A stretch of DNA of 39,925 bases, taken from assembly GCF_001194135.2 (NCBI RefSeq), contig NC_068981.1, forward strand, positions 126,310,676-126,350,600, written 5' to 3'. The notes under the pieces are model-generated. The model did not search any database, was not told where the DNA came from, and saw nothing but the letters and a program-made list of their open reading frames with translations. The translations under genes and the position numbers were made by a program. Shown piece after piece: positions 10,136 through 21,770 of this stretch. Source of the DNA: Octopus bimaculoides (Eukaryota). How positions within the stretch are numbered: position 1 is the stretch's first letter; every line of letters starts with the position of its first letter.

Positions 10136-10335
10136 AATCTCATTAATCTCAATTGCACATCATCCTTATCAACTTCCTCAGTCTCATCAATCTCATAAAT
10201 CTGAACTGAACGTCGTCATCTTCAACTTTATCAGTCACATCAATCCCAACTGAGCGTCATCCTCATCAACTTCATCAATCTCAACTGAACCTCATCCTCA
10301 TGAACTGCAATCTCAACTATCATCCTCATTGATCT
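10112..10335. repeat. Degenerate tandem repeat built from 9-nt tcatcaatc-like modules
   Basis: About 5 units of decreasing length (roughly 55 to 28 bp). Confidence 0.75.
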
Positions 10336-10374
10336 TTTACAGATCTTGAGTTGTCCTTCTTCCTCTGACTAGAT

Positions 10375-10435
10375 CAGTGGTTCCCAACCTGTGGTCCACG
10401 GACCCGTGGTGGTCCGTGAACTAAATTCAAAATTT

Positions 10436-10466
<31 letters not shown>

Positions 10467-10544
10467 GCATATGCATAAGGATATGCATATTAAAAAGGCG
10501 GCAGTGGGAAAACGCATTAAAAGTGTAAAGGTTGAGAACGACTG
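10375..10544. mobile_element. hAT (Charlie-type) MITE, 170 bp
   Basis: TIRs cagtggttcccaacct / aggttgagaacgactg match at 14 of 16 positions. Perfect 8-bp TSD gactagat at 10367-10374 and 10545-10552. Confidence 0.92.
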
Positions 10545-10589
10545 GACTAGATCATGACAAATGTACAAGAGTTAGTTAGTAACATGTAG

Positions 10590-10740
10590 CATCAGAAGAT
10601 AGAAATTTTCCCTGTGGTTGACTTTGCCTTTCGTCATATTAAAGTCGATAAAATAAAGTACCAGTCAAGTACTGGGGTCGATGTAATCGACTTAGCCCCA
10701 CTCGTTAAAATTACGACCCTTGTGACAAAATTTTAAGCCA
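10590..10740 (+). mobile_element. SINE family 1, partial
   Basis: gactttgcctttcgtc..gtcgataaaataaagtaccag..ggggtcgatgtaatcgac. Confidence 0.85.
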
Positions 10741-11126
10741 CGTGAATGTAGAAGTTTGGAGAAACAGGAAAACGGTACCGGTGACTCAAGGTGGGAATAT
10801 GGTGAGTCGGTATTCCTAGAACTGGCAATATCTGAGAAAAATGGTCGGACTTCAGTGTCTTATAAAAAAATTCAGTGGGAAAGGCATAGCCACTTCTTTG
10901 TCTAGAGGTAATATTTATTCGCACTTAAACGTGGATGTTCTGTTAGAACAAACTATACGGCAGTTGATACCTTGAGAGAAACTCTTATACTGGCTTTTGG
11001 TGCAAAATGACCTCTTGTTTATATTGCTAGTGGGGAGATAAATACCTGTCATCTCACGCGGCGAGACCACCAGGTCACGTGGTTTTGACCTTCCTTGGTC
11101 TCTCGGAAAATAAAAGAGCATTACAT

Positions 11127-11562
11127 CTAATTAAAATATAAAGACATTGTGAATGAATTAGAATATGGAATCACTGTATCTAATCAAAATATAAGGCCGT
11201 TGTGCTTTATCAAAATGTAGAACCATTATACCTAATCAAACCATAGGACGAACGTAGTTGTATAAAACACTGAACCTTTGTGTGTTATCAAATTATGGAA
11301 CCATTCTATTCAACAATTTCTAATATAAGCAGAAGGACTACAATTTTGAAAGGAGAGTATTAGTCGGTTCTACAGCGTCCATTATTTGACTGGTATTTTA
11401 TCGATCTCGAAAGGGAAAGAGGTAAAGTTGATTGCAGCAGGATTTGAACTTAGAACGTATAGTGTTTTTTCAGACACTCTAATGATCCTGCCACATCGCC
11501 ATCCTCCAATTATAATCATCAAAATATTGAATCAATGTGCCTAATCAAAATATAAGCTGTTG
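11127..11562. repeat. Degenerate ~26-bp minisatellite (ctaatcaaaatata.a.cc.ttgtg) split by a SINE
   Basis: About 7 units at 11127-11315 and 2 more at 11515-11562. Confidence 0.6.
11325..11505 (-). mobile_element. SINE family 1, decayed
   Basis: actggtattttatcgatctcgaaaggg..ggatttgaacttagaacg..aatgatcctgcca. Confidence 0.7.
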
Positions 11563-11683
11563 TGAAGATAACAGAGCTAAACAGTAAATCCTCGATAGAC
11601 TGAGACTGCGACTTATCTTTGTTAATCAATTAATGGCATTTCACTTCAGTTATATTGATAATATTAGTAGAAAGGCATGGACA

Positions 11684-12097
11684 TCAGTGGTCAAGAAGCT
11701 CGCTTTGCAATCACATGGTTTCGGTTTCAATCACACTGCACGGCACCTTGGGCGGGCAAGCGTTTTCTACTATAGCTCTGGATCAACCAATGCCTTGTGA
11801 GTGAATTTGGATGATAGAAGCTGTATGAAAGCCCGTTGTATGTATGTATGTATGTATGTATGTATGTGTACGTGCATACGTGTGTATGTGTGTGTGTGTT
11901 CGTCCCCATCACCGCTTGGCAACTGGTATTGGTTTATTTACGTTCCCTTACGTTCGGTAAAAAGAGACTGATAGAATGAGTACCACACTTGAAAAAAAAA
12001 ATACATACTGGAATAGATGTCTTCCCATAAACCCTTCAAAGCGGTGCCCCGGTGTAGCCGCGGTCCAATGACTGAACCAAGTAAAAGGGTAAAAAGT
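11684..12097 (+). mobile_element. tRNA-derived SINE family 2 (CORE-like) with internal microsatellite
   Basis: tRNA-like head, then ggcaccttgggc..aag..tcttctactatagc (CORE-like), (TATG)n linker and tail ending aatgactgaaccaagtaaaagggtaaaaag. Confidence 0.85.
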
Positions 12098-12654
12098 AAT
12101 CACATCACTTCAATTCAGACTTTTGTCACCAATGCAATGCATCCGTACTTTGACAAAAGGAATCAATATTTTCAGTAACTTTGTTATAAAATGCAAAGTG
12201 CAAAGCAAAAAGTAAACAACTCCCGGGTAAATAGAGACTTTACTTTAGTTTCAATTTCTGACGGAAGCTATTCTACTTCATTTACATCCCTAGGGCCCTG
12301 GGGAAAGATAAGAACAGCCGTAAAATTCAATTCCTAACTTCCTTGAACCAGATTGTATTGTTAAAAGAGACCAAACTTTCATATGGTGATAACTGATTTC
12401 TATAGCAGTCGTAACAACGATAGCATCAACGACAGAACAAGGGAGCTTTTATGTGGTCTCTCGACCCGCTAGAGATAGTTGACAAATCTGTTGTTTGGCT
12501 TTAACTTTGGGCAAGTCAAGCGATAACGCTTAGAGGCTCTCGTTGGCTCCTCCAGTTATTATTAAACGGGGACTGGTAACAAACATAATGAAGTAAATCC
12601 CCAAATTTATTAATTTATTAACATTAATCTCGTAATGAAGATAAAAGGATTTTG

Positions 12655-12812
12655 TCCATCCACCTTTTCCAACCACAATTCCTGAGGGTCGTCGGGGTAA
12701 TGTCCTCAGGCATCTCCTCAATAAAGTTCTCTCAGAAGCAACCGCCATTACATTTTCCAGATGGATTCCCAAGCGTGACCAACCGAGACAATAGATATTA
12801 TCCAACCATATC
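12655..12812 (-). mobile_element. RTE-clade LINE, 3' terminus
   Basis: Reverse complement aligns with 24890-25050 (tggtcacgct..ggaatcca..gaggag.tgcctgagga); (GGAT)-type tail. Confidence 0.75.
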
Positions 12813-13364
12813 GCTCATAGTCTACTCTTATTTATTTAATGATGATTTTTGTCAAGAAAGGAAAGGATGGTAACTCCCAAAACCAAAATGATATAAAATG
12901 GAGTGGAAACACACAGTGGAAAGTGAGTCTGATGTCTGGCAAGTACGGTAAAAATTCCAGACACGTTTCGGCCTTATTTAAATCAGTCTAACTCGATGAT
13001 TTTTAACCGTTTTATTATCAAGGACTTCTTTTATTTAAATGAATGTTTCAGCGGAGCTCAGGCAGTTGAAAGTTATGTTTAATCAAGAAGCTGGTTTAAG
13101 TAATTAATAACGAACCCGTTTTCTCAGTTCCATCATTCTATTGAAGAAATATGCAATTAAATAAATAGTAGTGTAAAAATAATAAAAATCTAACTTGCTT
13201 AATGAGATAGCTGATACTGCTTTGTTAATACTATGTTTGAATTTCGGGTTCAATGACAAACACTTGTAACGGTTAGTCATTATAAATATGATCTAAATAT
13301 ATTAAACTATTCCTAAAGATTTGGAAATGACTCTAAAGTTTTATTTTTATCAGCCTTATCGTGA

Positions 13365-13457
13365 TTAATCATACATTTTACACTGCAGCGTCTTGGAAGT
13401 TTGAACTTAGCTCACAAATTTCTAGGAATTAGCGGATCACAAGTTGGGAACAACTGG
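13365..13457. mobile_element. Decayed hAT-type MITE right end (second copy at 14432-14495)
   Basis: acattttacactgcag..tcttggaa is shared by both copies. This copy ends in gttgggaacaactg, similar to the 10375 TIR. Left ends not found. Confidence 0.45.
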
Positions 13458-13621
13458 GCCTTCAAGTACTTATTAGATCCAAGATGACTGAAAGAATAAG
13501 GATTTTGAGTAAAAGACATTCACAAATTAAGCAAATTAGAATAAGAGTGGAGGAAATTTGCCAGAGATTCCCTTCACATGAAGTACTGTCTGTTTCCCTG
13601 AGAAGCATTCAGTTATTCGAC

Positions 13622-13875
13622 TCCTTAAATTAGCGAGTACGTGGCCGAGTATTCCCCAGTCATATGCACACTCTTAACACAGTTCCTAAGCCGAATTTGT
13701 GCATCACATTACGTGCAAGGCTGGACGATTGTATTACAGGGACAGTCCATCCGGATTCTCACTTTCACTCACAAGGTTTGGGTCGATACGAGGTTACAGT
13801 AAAGACACTTATCTAAGATGCCATGATGTGGATCGAATCTGAGACCACATGGTTGCGAAGCGAGTTCATTAGCCA
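13622..13875 (-). mobile_element. SINE family 2 variant (different tail)
   Basis: Reverse complement gives a tRNA-like head and ggcatcttagataagtgtcttt..ccttgtgagtg. The tail is similar to 18655-18745. Confidence 0.65.
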
Positions 13876-14862
13876 CCTAAACCACATCTGCGCCCACATT
13901 TAGTAGGGGGTAGGAGGAAGAGGTTAAAGTATTTAATGTAATGAACCACCCCACCCCCAGCTTCGTTTTAATAATTGGTATTGTATCTTTAGTGAATAAT
14001 AAAAAGAAACATTTGCTTTAGTTATAATTTTCAAGAAAAACAAGGGAGGCAACTCCGAAATTAAAATTAATTAAAAATTAAATGGCGCCATGCAGCAGAA
14101 GTGGACTTGAATTTACTGTTAATGATTAATAAAATAGAACTGAACTTCGTATTACTTATGCAGTCAAAACATAACCTTCAGTAAACAACGATTTGTTGAT
14201 GAGGATTTCATATGATTGCTTTGAATAGACAAATTATTTTTCCAGTTTCATGTTGATCTTCAGACAATGAAACAAGTAATTTTATATTGCTATAAACAAG
14301 TAACTTTATATTTCTATTTCTGCTTTCATAAAGCAGTCGTACTGATATTTATTTACATGAAATTTACGAGGAATGTCATATTAAAAAAAAAAGTATGTAA
14401 CATTGCATAGCGTCATTTTAAAACCAATTATAATTACACATTTTACACTGCAGTCTCTTGGAATTTGGAGACTCCCATTGGTGAGTCACTGGACCTATTC
14501 AGTACCATCTTAAAGCATGGATACACTGGGCTGTTACTCAGAGCCCCCACGGGTTCAGAGACCCAATTCTAATTCATGTATCCTATAGATTACTGTCCAT
14601 AAATATTATTACAGGACTCGGTGCGTTGATTTATCCGAGGGCTCACAATGTCGCTAAGGCAGCCCTGGTCCCATTAGTGCTTACTGGATAATCAAGGTGA
14701 CTGAAAAAATACATATTTTGAATAAAAAGCATTCACAGACTGGGCTGGCTAAATAACAGATTAGAAATGGGACAATTAACGGTGGTGCTGGGAATTTATG
14801 TGCGGCAAGAATTTTGTTGTGTTTTTAGAAACAAGTCTTTTAGTATTAGAAATGGAGAAAGA

Positions 14863-14932
14863 AAAACAAACAAACAAACAAACAAACAAACAAACAAACA
14901 AACAAACAAACAAACAAACAGAAAAACAAACA
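14863..14932. repeat. (AAAC)n microsatellite
   Basis: Direct inspection. Confidence 0.95.
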
Positions 14933-15106
14933 AGCAGACGACCTCCCATAAAGCAGCAACAAAAAATCCAAATGTATTGTGTTAGTCTCTCACAGTAGAC
15001 AAATCCGATTGGTATCGACATAGTAAATCTATTTCGGCACTCTGTTTATCTGTCATGGGGATATATTTCTTTTTTGTCTTCTGCCTTTCTACCATCGACA
15101 CTCACG

Positions 15107-15310
15107 ATGGCTACGAGGATAACGCCGTTTTAAGACCGCTTTCCGGCGAAGGTGACGTGGAAGCTTGGATAAAAATATGAAGCTCGTGACGAAGTTGGAG
15201 GATTCAAGGGAAGTCCGCTGAATCTGTATCAAGAAATTGATTTAGCGGATCAACTTCGAGAAGATTGAAGAGCAACTGAAGGATGCGTATCTGGAAGGAG
15301 AATACTAATT
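15107..15310 (+). pseudogene. Possible LTR-retrotransposon (Ty3/Gypsy-like) gag N-terminus relic
   Basis: Frameshifted MAT..F(S)GEGDVEAWIK..KLVTKL..LYQEIDLADQ..EKIEEQLKDAY resembles Gypsy-type Gag starts from recall. Confidence 0.4.
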
Positions 15311-15432
15311 CTAGGGAATAACGTGTTACTTATGTCTTTAGAACCATCCCGAACAGTTTTAATGAAGTAACAGAGAGAAAATGCCCAAGGAGGCCAACTA
15401 TATACCAGAAATAGCAAAATGAGTACGGATCT

Positions 15433-16160
15433 TCCTTAAAAATTATTTCCGGCCACGAGAATTTTAAAGGAAAATTTGGTTGATATGTCGGCATTATAAA
15501 ATCGAAACTGCTGAAGCATCATCCTGAGGCTGTAACTGAGGGAGAAAATGTAACGATTCTTTGAGACTTTCCAGTACATACAGACTGGACCATCAAAGCT
15601 AATAAACCAGATATTTTTGTGAAAAACCAAAAGAATAAAATTTATTTATTGATTGACACGAGCATACTTTATGATCATGACGTTTCGGCAAAAGAATTTG
15701 ATAAGTTCAGAAAATATAAAGATCTGCTGATTGAAATCGAAAAAATGTGGCATCTCAAGACCATTACAATATCAATGATTGTAGTAGCACTTGGAATGAT
15801 CAAAAAGGGAACTGAAAATTATTTGAGGATGATCTCTGGATTACCATCCATGCTGGAAGTGCAAAAAATTGTCTTAACTGATACGTCACACGTATTGAGA
15901 AGAGCATTATCAGTGTGAATTTTCTTCTCCCCTCTTATTTTTTTGCTTTCTTTTTCTTTTCATATTTTCTTTTTTCCTTCTTTCTTCTGCCTTTCTTCCC
16001 TTTTTTTCTATCACATGACTTGGTAAACGAACAACCTGGTGTGTTTATTTTAATGGCCCCCACCAATGTATACAGTGAGTTTCTTTGCCCTAGGTGTTGG
16101 GAAGAAACTCGGTAAGAAATGGAAACAAAACTGAAAGAAGAAGATAATAATAGTAATAAT
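15433..16160 (+). mobile_element. R4/Dong-clade LINE 3' end (RLE domain, 3' UTR, (TAA)n tail)
   Basis: KHHPEAVTEGENVTIL*DFPVHTD..IKANKPDIFVKN..LLIDTSI..KEFDKFRKYKDLLIEIEKMWHLKT..VVALGMIKK..VQKIVLTDTSHVLRRALSV*. Confidence 0.9.
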
Positions 16161-16468
16161 GGTTTCAATTTTTGGCACAGGGCCAGCGGTGTTTGAGGAG
16201 AGCGAGGAGCCTATTATATCGACCCAAGTACTTGACTCGTACTTCTTTTATCGACCCCGTCCCGAAAGGAGGAAAGGCAAAGTCGACTTCAGCATAATTT
16301 GAATTCAGAAGCTAAGGACGGATGACCCAAGTACTTGACTCGTACTTCTTTTATCGACCCCGTCCCCAAAGGAGGAAAGGCAAAGTCGACTTCAGCAGAA
16401 TTTGAATTCAGAAGCTAAGGACGGATGAAATGCTGTTAAGAATTTGGTCCGGTGTGCAAACGATTCTT
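16160..16468 (-). mobile_element. SINE family 1 with an internal 103-bp tandem duplication
   Basis: 16221-16323 is repeated at 16324-16426 with 2 mismatches. Confidence 0.88.
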
Positions 16469-16859
16469 ACATAGGTACAAGGCAAGGAGGCGGGTAGTCA
16501 CTTAAATAAAGCATAGTTCATGACTAATGTTTTCTTTTTATTGAACCCGGAAGGATGTTGATGATGATGATGATGATGATGCGTTATAATGAAGAGGAAA
16601 AGATTATACTGATGAGGTTAGCACTTCGTACGCATTCCCCAATTGTCGAAAGTCCAGTAATAATTATCTCCAGGTTTTGATATCTGGTTAGTCAACCACC
16701 TGCATTTGGGGGTTGTCGGAAATACAGTCTTCACTGTTAAATACTAAACAGATGTTTTCACACGAGATACTCAGTCGGCTATGGTGATTAGTCACTAGAA
16801 GAAAAGGAAGGAAGCAAGCAAGAAAAGAAAACTTAAGTTGAAGCTTAAAAGTGAAGACT

Positions 16860-17185
16860 AAGAAACAAGACAAGAAAAGGAAGAAGAGTAGGAAAAAAAA
16901 ATAATAAGATGAAGAAGAATGAGACTAGGGCAGTGATGAAGACGATGACGGCGACGACGACGATGATGGTGGTGGTGGTGGTGGTGGTGAGGATGAGGAT
17001 GGGGGGGATGAGGAAGGGGAGGATGAGGATGGTGAGGATGATGATGATGGGGATGACGATGAGGATGATGATGACGATGGTGGTGATGACGATGGGATGA
17101 TGATGATGATGATGATGGAATCGTGCACGTCTGCTTGAGGAGAACGAGCGTTTTAACATGTGCAAAGAGGTTATTATTATTATTA

Positions 17186-17217
<32 letters not shown>

Positions 17218-17235
17218 GTTATTATTATTGTTATT

Positions 17236-17273
<38 letters not shown>

Positions 17274-17320
17274 CATTATTATTATTATTATTATTATTAT
17301 TGTTATTATTATTGTTATTA

Positions 17321-17386
<66 letters not shown>

Positions 17387-17414
17387 TTGTTATTATTATT
17401 ATTATTATTATCAT

Positions 17415-17445
<31 letters not shown>

Positions 17446-17545
17446 GGTGATACTGGTGATGGTGATGGTGGTGGTGGTGGTGGTGGTAGTGGTAGTAATG
17501 GCACTAGTAGTAGTAGTAGTAGCAGCAGCAGCAGCAGCAGAAGTG
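16860..17545. repeat. Compound trinucleotide array: GAA-rich, (GAT/GGT)n, (ATT)n, (AGT)n, (GGT)n, (AGC)n
   Basis: Direct inspection; explains the poly-I/L/Y ORFs. Confidence 0.97.
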
Positions 17546-17689
17546 AACGTCTGCTGGTGAGAAAGAAACTTGTGATGTGAAAGTAGGGAGAAAGATAAAC
17601 AGAAAAAGATGTTAATAAAACAATGTTCAAAGAAACAGCAAAATGTTATAGAAGCTAAGTATATAGCTGTACAGGATTCGTATGTACAC

Positions 17690-17909
17690 GTATATGTGTG
17701 TGTCTGTGTTTACTTGTGCGCGCGCGCACGAGTGTGTGTGTGTGTGAGTGTGTGTGTGTGAGTGTGTGTGTGTGTGTGAGTGTGTGCTTGCGCACCTGTA
17801 TATGTGTATATGTATGTATGCAAACACATACACATATGCATGTACTGTATGTATCTATGAGTGTATGTTAAGATACCCGCCTGTCTGTCTGTCTGTCTGT
17901 CTGTCTATT

Positions 17910-17952
<43 letters not shown>

Positions 17953-18168
17953 GTATAAATATATGTATAAATAAAAGACTATATACATGCATTCATATGT
18001 GTATACGACACTACATCCCCCCACACACATATTTATACATACACATGCATACATACATATAGCCATCCATCCATCCATCCATCCATCCATACTTACATAC
18101 ATACATACATACATACACAAACGTATATATATACATATGCAGAGAGAGAAAGAGAGAAAGAGAAAGCG

Positions 18169-18215
<47 letters not shown>
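17690..18215. repeat. Microsatellite cluster (GT, CTGT, AT, ATCC, ACAT, AG)
   Basis: Direct inspection. Confidence 0.95.
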
Positions 18216-18218
<3 letters not shown>

Positions 18219-18814
18219 ACAAGGAGTTTTCATCAATTTACGTAAAGTCATAGCTATTACTATGAGTGCTCAGTTTGGTTTACCACTAAAACACCGGCTT
18301 GCACTGAAACTGAAGGTGTAGTGTTGAAACTGCCTATCGAAGGTGGTTAGAAGTGATTTCTCCTTGAACGGTTGGATATAGATGAGAGAAAAAACGAGAA
18401 GGCAAAACATTTGGCATCACTCGAAAGAAGCATTTAATTTAGACAGAGAAATGAAGCATTTAATTTAGATAGACAATATTTTCTATCGTAGGCATGTCTA
18501 AATTGTTAGGCAGTTTTCTTTGCTATCTTCGATCCAATCGCTTGACATTTTGCTACAACCTGAAACCGAGCCAAATCTCGTGGGTGAATAAGAGTAGGCG
18601 GCAACTGTAGAAACCCGTCGAATTTTGGATTGCACCTGTAATTCAAGTGTACAATTTTGCATCCCTTGAGTCACAATGATTGCACTTGAGAATTACGTTA
18701 AGGATACAGCTGTGTATGGAGTACTCAGTCATTTTGGCGATTAATTCGATGAGTAAGTCGTCAAGTTGAACGAACAGGACGATCATACGTCGAAGTCAAT
18801 GAAATAATCCATAA

Positions 18815-18876
18815 TGTGTGCGTGTGTGTGTGTGTGTGTGTATACATACGCACACACATACACATGCTAATAAATG

Positions 18877-18931
<55 letters not shown>

Positions 18932-18998
18932 TTTCTACTGCTTAGAAAATCGGGTAAATACTCTTTAGAAGACGGGAAAAATGGTCAGCTAATATATG

Positions 18999-19057
<59 letters not shown>

Positions 19058-19080
19058 GTGTCCTGTGTTTGTGTGGAGGG

Positions 19081-19138
<58 letters not shown>
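18815..19138. repeat. Microsatellite cluster (GT, AT, ACAT, AG)
   Basis: Direct inspection. Confidence 0.95.
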
Positions 19139-19140
<2 letters not shown>

Positions 19141-19907
19141 GCTTTAATTCTGCTTTCCTTAAATTGAATAGCTCTACAAAACTGATGGTGCTTGCGTTGT
19201 TGAAAGGGAAGTTATTTCCCACCTGTAATAGCTGACAAGTTTATAAACGTGTATGCGGTGTCACTCTACAACTAAACTGTAGTTGATCAACATGATTATC
19301 TAAGAAATTTCGCCAGCGTGAAGGAGAAAAAGAACTTTTTGGATATGGATTTATTTTTTCTTTCTTTCAGTACAGTGACTGTCGGCTATGTGTACACGGA
19401 AGAAATTGTAGCACTCATCCACTTGGCAAATTCCCTTGAATGTTAATTGGGCAATATGCTCAGTGCTTAAATTGTTATTGCTGCCCCAGTAAGCAATATC
19501 TAGAAGTCAATTAACAGCGTAACTTATCTTCGTTGTTACTGTGTACCACCAAAGTCAGCACATGCCAGCTGTATTACCCAGCAAACTTTGATCCTTATGA
19601 TGGGTAGGAAAGTAGTCATTTGTATTGAGAGAGAAGTGTGTAATAAAGTCAGAATGTATCTATACTATCTATGTGTTTCCTTGTGGAGAAGAGTACGTGC
19701 AACAGTTAACTTTTAACGATTTTAAATCATTCTGCTTTGGATGTTTTAAATGAATTCTGTAGGTAATTTGGATGAATACAGCTAGTATTTATTTTATTAG
19801 CGCAGATCAAAGCACTGAATAACGGAGCTGAATATTGTAATATATTTTTAGTCCAGTGCTTCACCATTTCCGTTTCTCCACCACCTTTGATAACATAATA
19901 ATATAAT

Positions 19908-20125
19908 AATAGTTTCAAATTTTGAAACAAAGAAAGCAATTTCGGGGGAGGGGTAAGTCAATTACATCGACCCCTAGGCTCAACTGGTACTTATTTTATC
20001 AACCTCAAAAAGATGAAAGGCAAAAGTCGGCCTCGGCGGAATTTGAACTCAGAACGAACAGACAGACGAAATGCTGCTAAGAATTTTGCCCGGCGTGCTA
20101 ACGATTTTCCCAGCTTGCCGCGTTC
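19908..20125 (-). mobile_element. SINE family 1, full length
   Basis: Reverse complement has head gcggcaagctgggaaaatcgttagcacgccgggc, B box, central block and (ATT) tail. Confidence 0.9.
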
Positions 20126-21554
20126 ACTCAATGATATAATAATGATAGCTTAAAATCTAAGCTATAATAATTATTGCATATGTTGAGAAGTGCATATATT
20201 TCAAGAAGGGCAATCGATAATGTATCCTGGACAGACCCGTTTTTTCTGTAAAACAACTTATAGCTCATATAACCATTTCTCTATAAATTTGAGTCGTTTA
20301 TATTTGTGTAAAACGTTAAATGTAGGAATAAAGAGAATAGAGTTCAGACAAGATTAGATAAGTTGCTCAGTAAATACATAGCCTATTCAACTAAATATTC
20401 AATTTACTCAATCCGCTCATTCAAAGAGTAGAAATATATTGTTGATGACATAAGAGTGACGCGAATATGAGCTCGTTCTTCTTAAAGCAGAGAGGAAGAT
20501 AAAAAGGTAAACTATTCTAGTTTTATGCGAGATACATCTACGTATACGTTTGCTGGTTGAGTGCACCTCCGTGTATAAGATGCCCATTATAGATTGTAAA
20601 TATATATCTCGCATATTTCAAAAGAAATATCATGGAGCGCAACTGGTTTGCTCTACGATATTTAACTTTCGCTGATTCTACCTCTTAATTAAAAGAAATC
20701 CGTGATAAAGTATAACTTATCGCTCCTCATATCGTACGTAATACACAGTGGACAAATACATGGCTAACTTTCAGAGTTAAATTAAAATAGTCGCATCAGT
20801 ATAACTTAAGGGGAAGATATTTTCTATCATATGTAAATTTACACCACTAGAACCATTGAGGGACCAAATAAATGCAATGTCTGGTGTTTGCCAATTAGAA
20901 TCACCAAAATGAAATACATAAATATGAATTTGCTGGACCCCCTCCCTACAAAACAAGAAGCGTTAATGACTTGATACAACCTTATCTCTGATTTGATATC
21001 ACTTCACACCGTGTTTACCGCTCACACTCATTCAAATTACGCAAAAAAGAAAGTGAAATTCTATAGGTAATTTGGATACAGGCCCAGCTAGTCAGAACTA
21101 TAAAAAACACATTATTCCACGACTAATAATTATATTGTTACTGATTTTATTGTTGCAGTTGTTGTTAGTGTTGAACGTGTTAATACTTTCCCATTTCTTG
21201 AAAGCGCAAGTGATGAAGTAGCAGTCGATAATTTTATAGGTGAAATCGAGAAGATACAGGTGTTCAAGTGAAAAAAATAGGTAAGAAGGTATGAAGAAAG
21301 GCAGGTAGGTTAGACTCAGGTATCTAAGATTTCAATAGCAAAATATTTGCGATGACAACAACGGTAAACTTAGCCCAAATATCAATGTAAGCCGTAAGCA
21401 TTCGCAGCCTGTGTGAGTTGTGGCGCTCTTTACTCTACAAGTATGCTGTCATAGAATAAGCACGTAGTTTAATCTTGAATCTATATTAACTAAAGGTTCA
21501 TTTATACTACCTCTGCTGGTTACTGACTAATTGTTTGTCGTTACAGATTGCTTT

Positions 21555-21770
21555 TGTTGTTGTTTAGACCTAAATAGACTCTAGCAAGCAGATCTATGAT
21601 CAAAGGCATTCCAGCCATGACCATCCGATTTTTTAAAGACGGAGTATGCTCTGACTAAATTATCTAATGTATCCTTTCTTTTTTAATCAAGACAGCTGGG
21701 CGGGATATAAGGAAGATTTGGCAGCTATTTATAGCATTTCTAGCACGTTGAGCAGCACTTTGAGGATCCA
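21555..21770. mobile_element. Short interspersed repeat family 3
   Basis: gatctatgatcaaaggcattccagccatgaccatcc..gatttggcagctattt..agca; partial copies elsewhere in the window. Confidence 0.65.

Noticed and set aside
9907-10158. Minus-strand 83-aa ORF (..EEKVMYLLIRGAVNFE)
   Set aside because: Better explained as the antisense of a decayed CR1/L2-type LINE end plus tandem repeat
12955-12990. Minus-strand CTGATTT..ggccGAAACgtgtc, resembling a Penelope hammerhead
   Set aside because: The core is mutated (CUGAUGA to CUGAUUU) and there is no stem II; at most a dead remnant
14525-14669. Possible hAT MITE ending gctaaggcagccctg
   Set aside because: Left TIR and TSD could not be identified
16845-17630. 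Long poly-I/L/Y/T ORFs (e.g. 261 aa) and similar YI/HT/ER-repeat ORFs across the window
   Set aside because: Translations of stop-free microsatellites with no domain content
19340-19445. Strong-looking plus-strand splice acceptors (tttctttctttcag at about 19370; ctaat..ttctcatttcag at about 22725)
   Set aside because: All downstream frames hit stops without a good donor or recognisable protein; common in T-rich DNA
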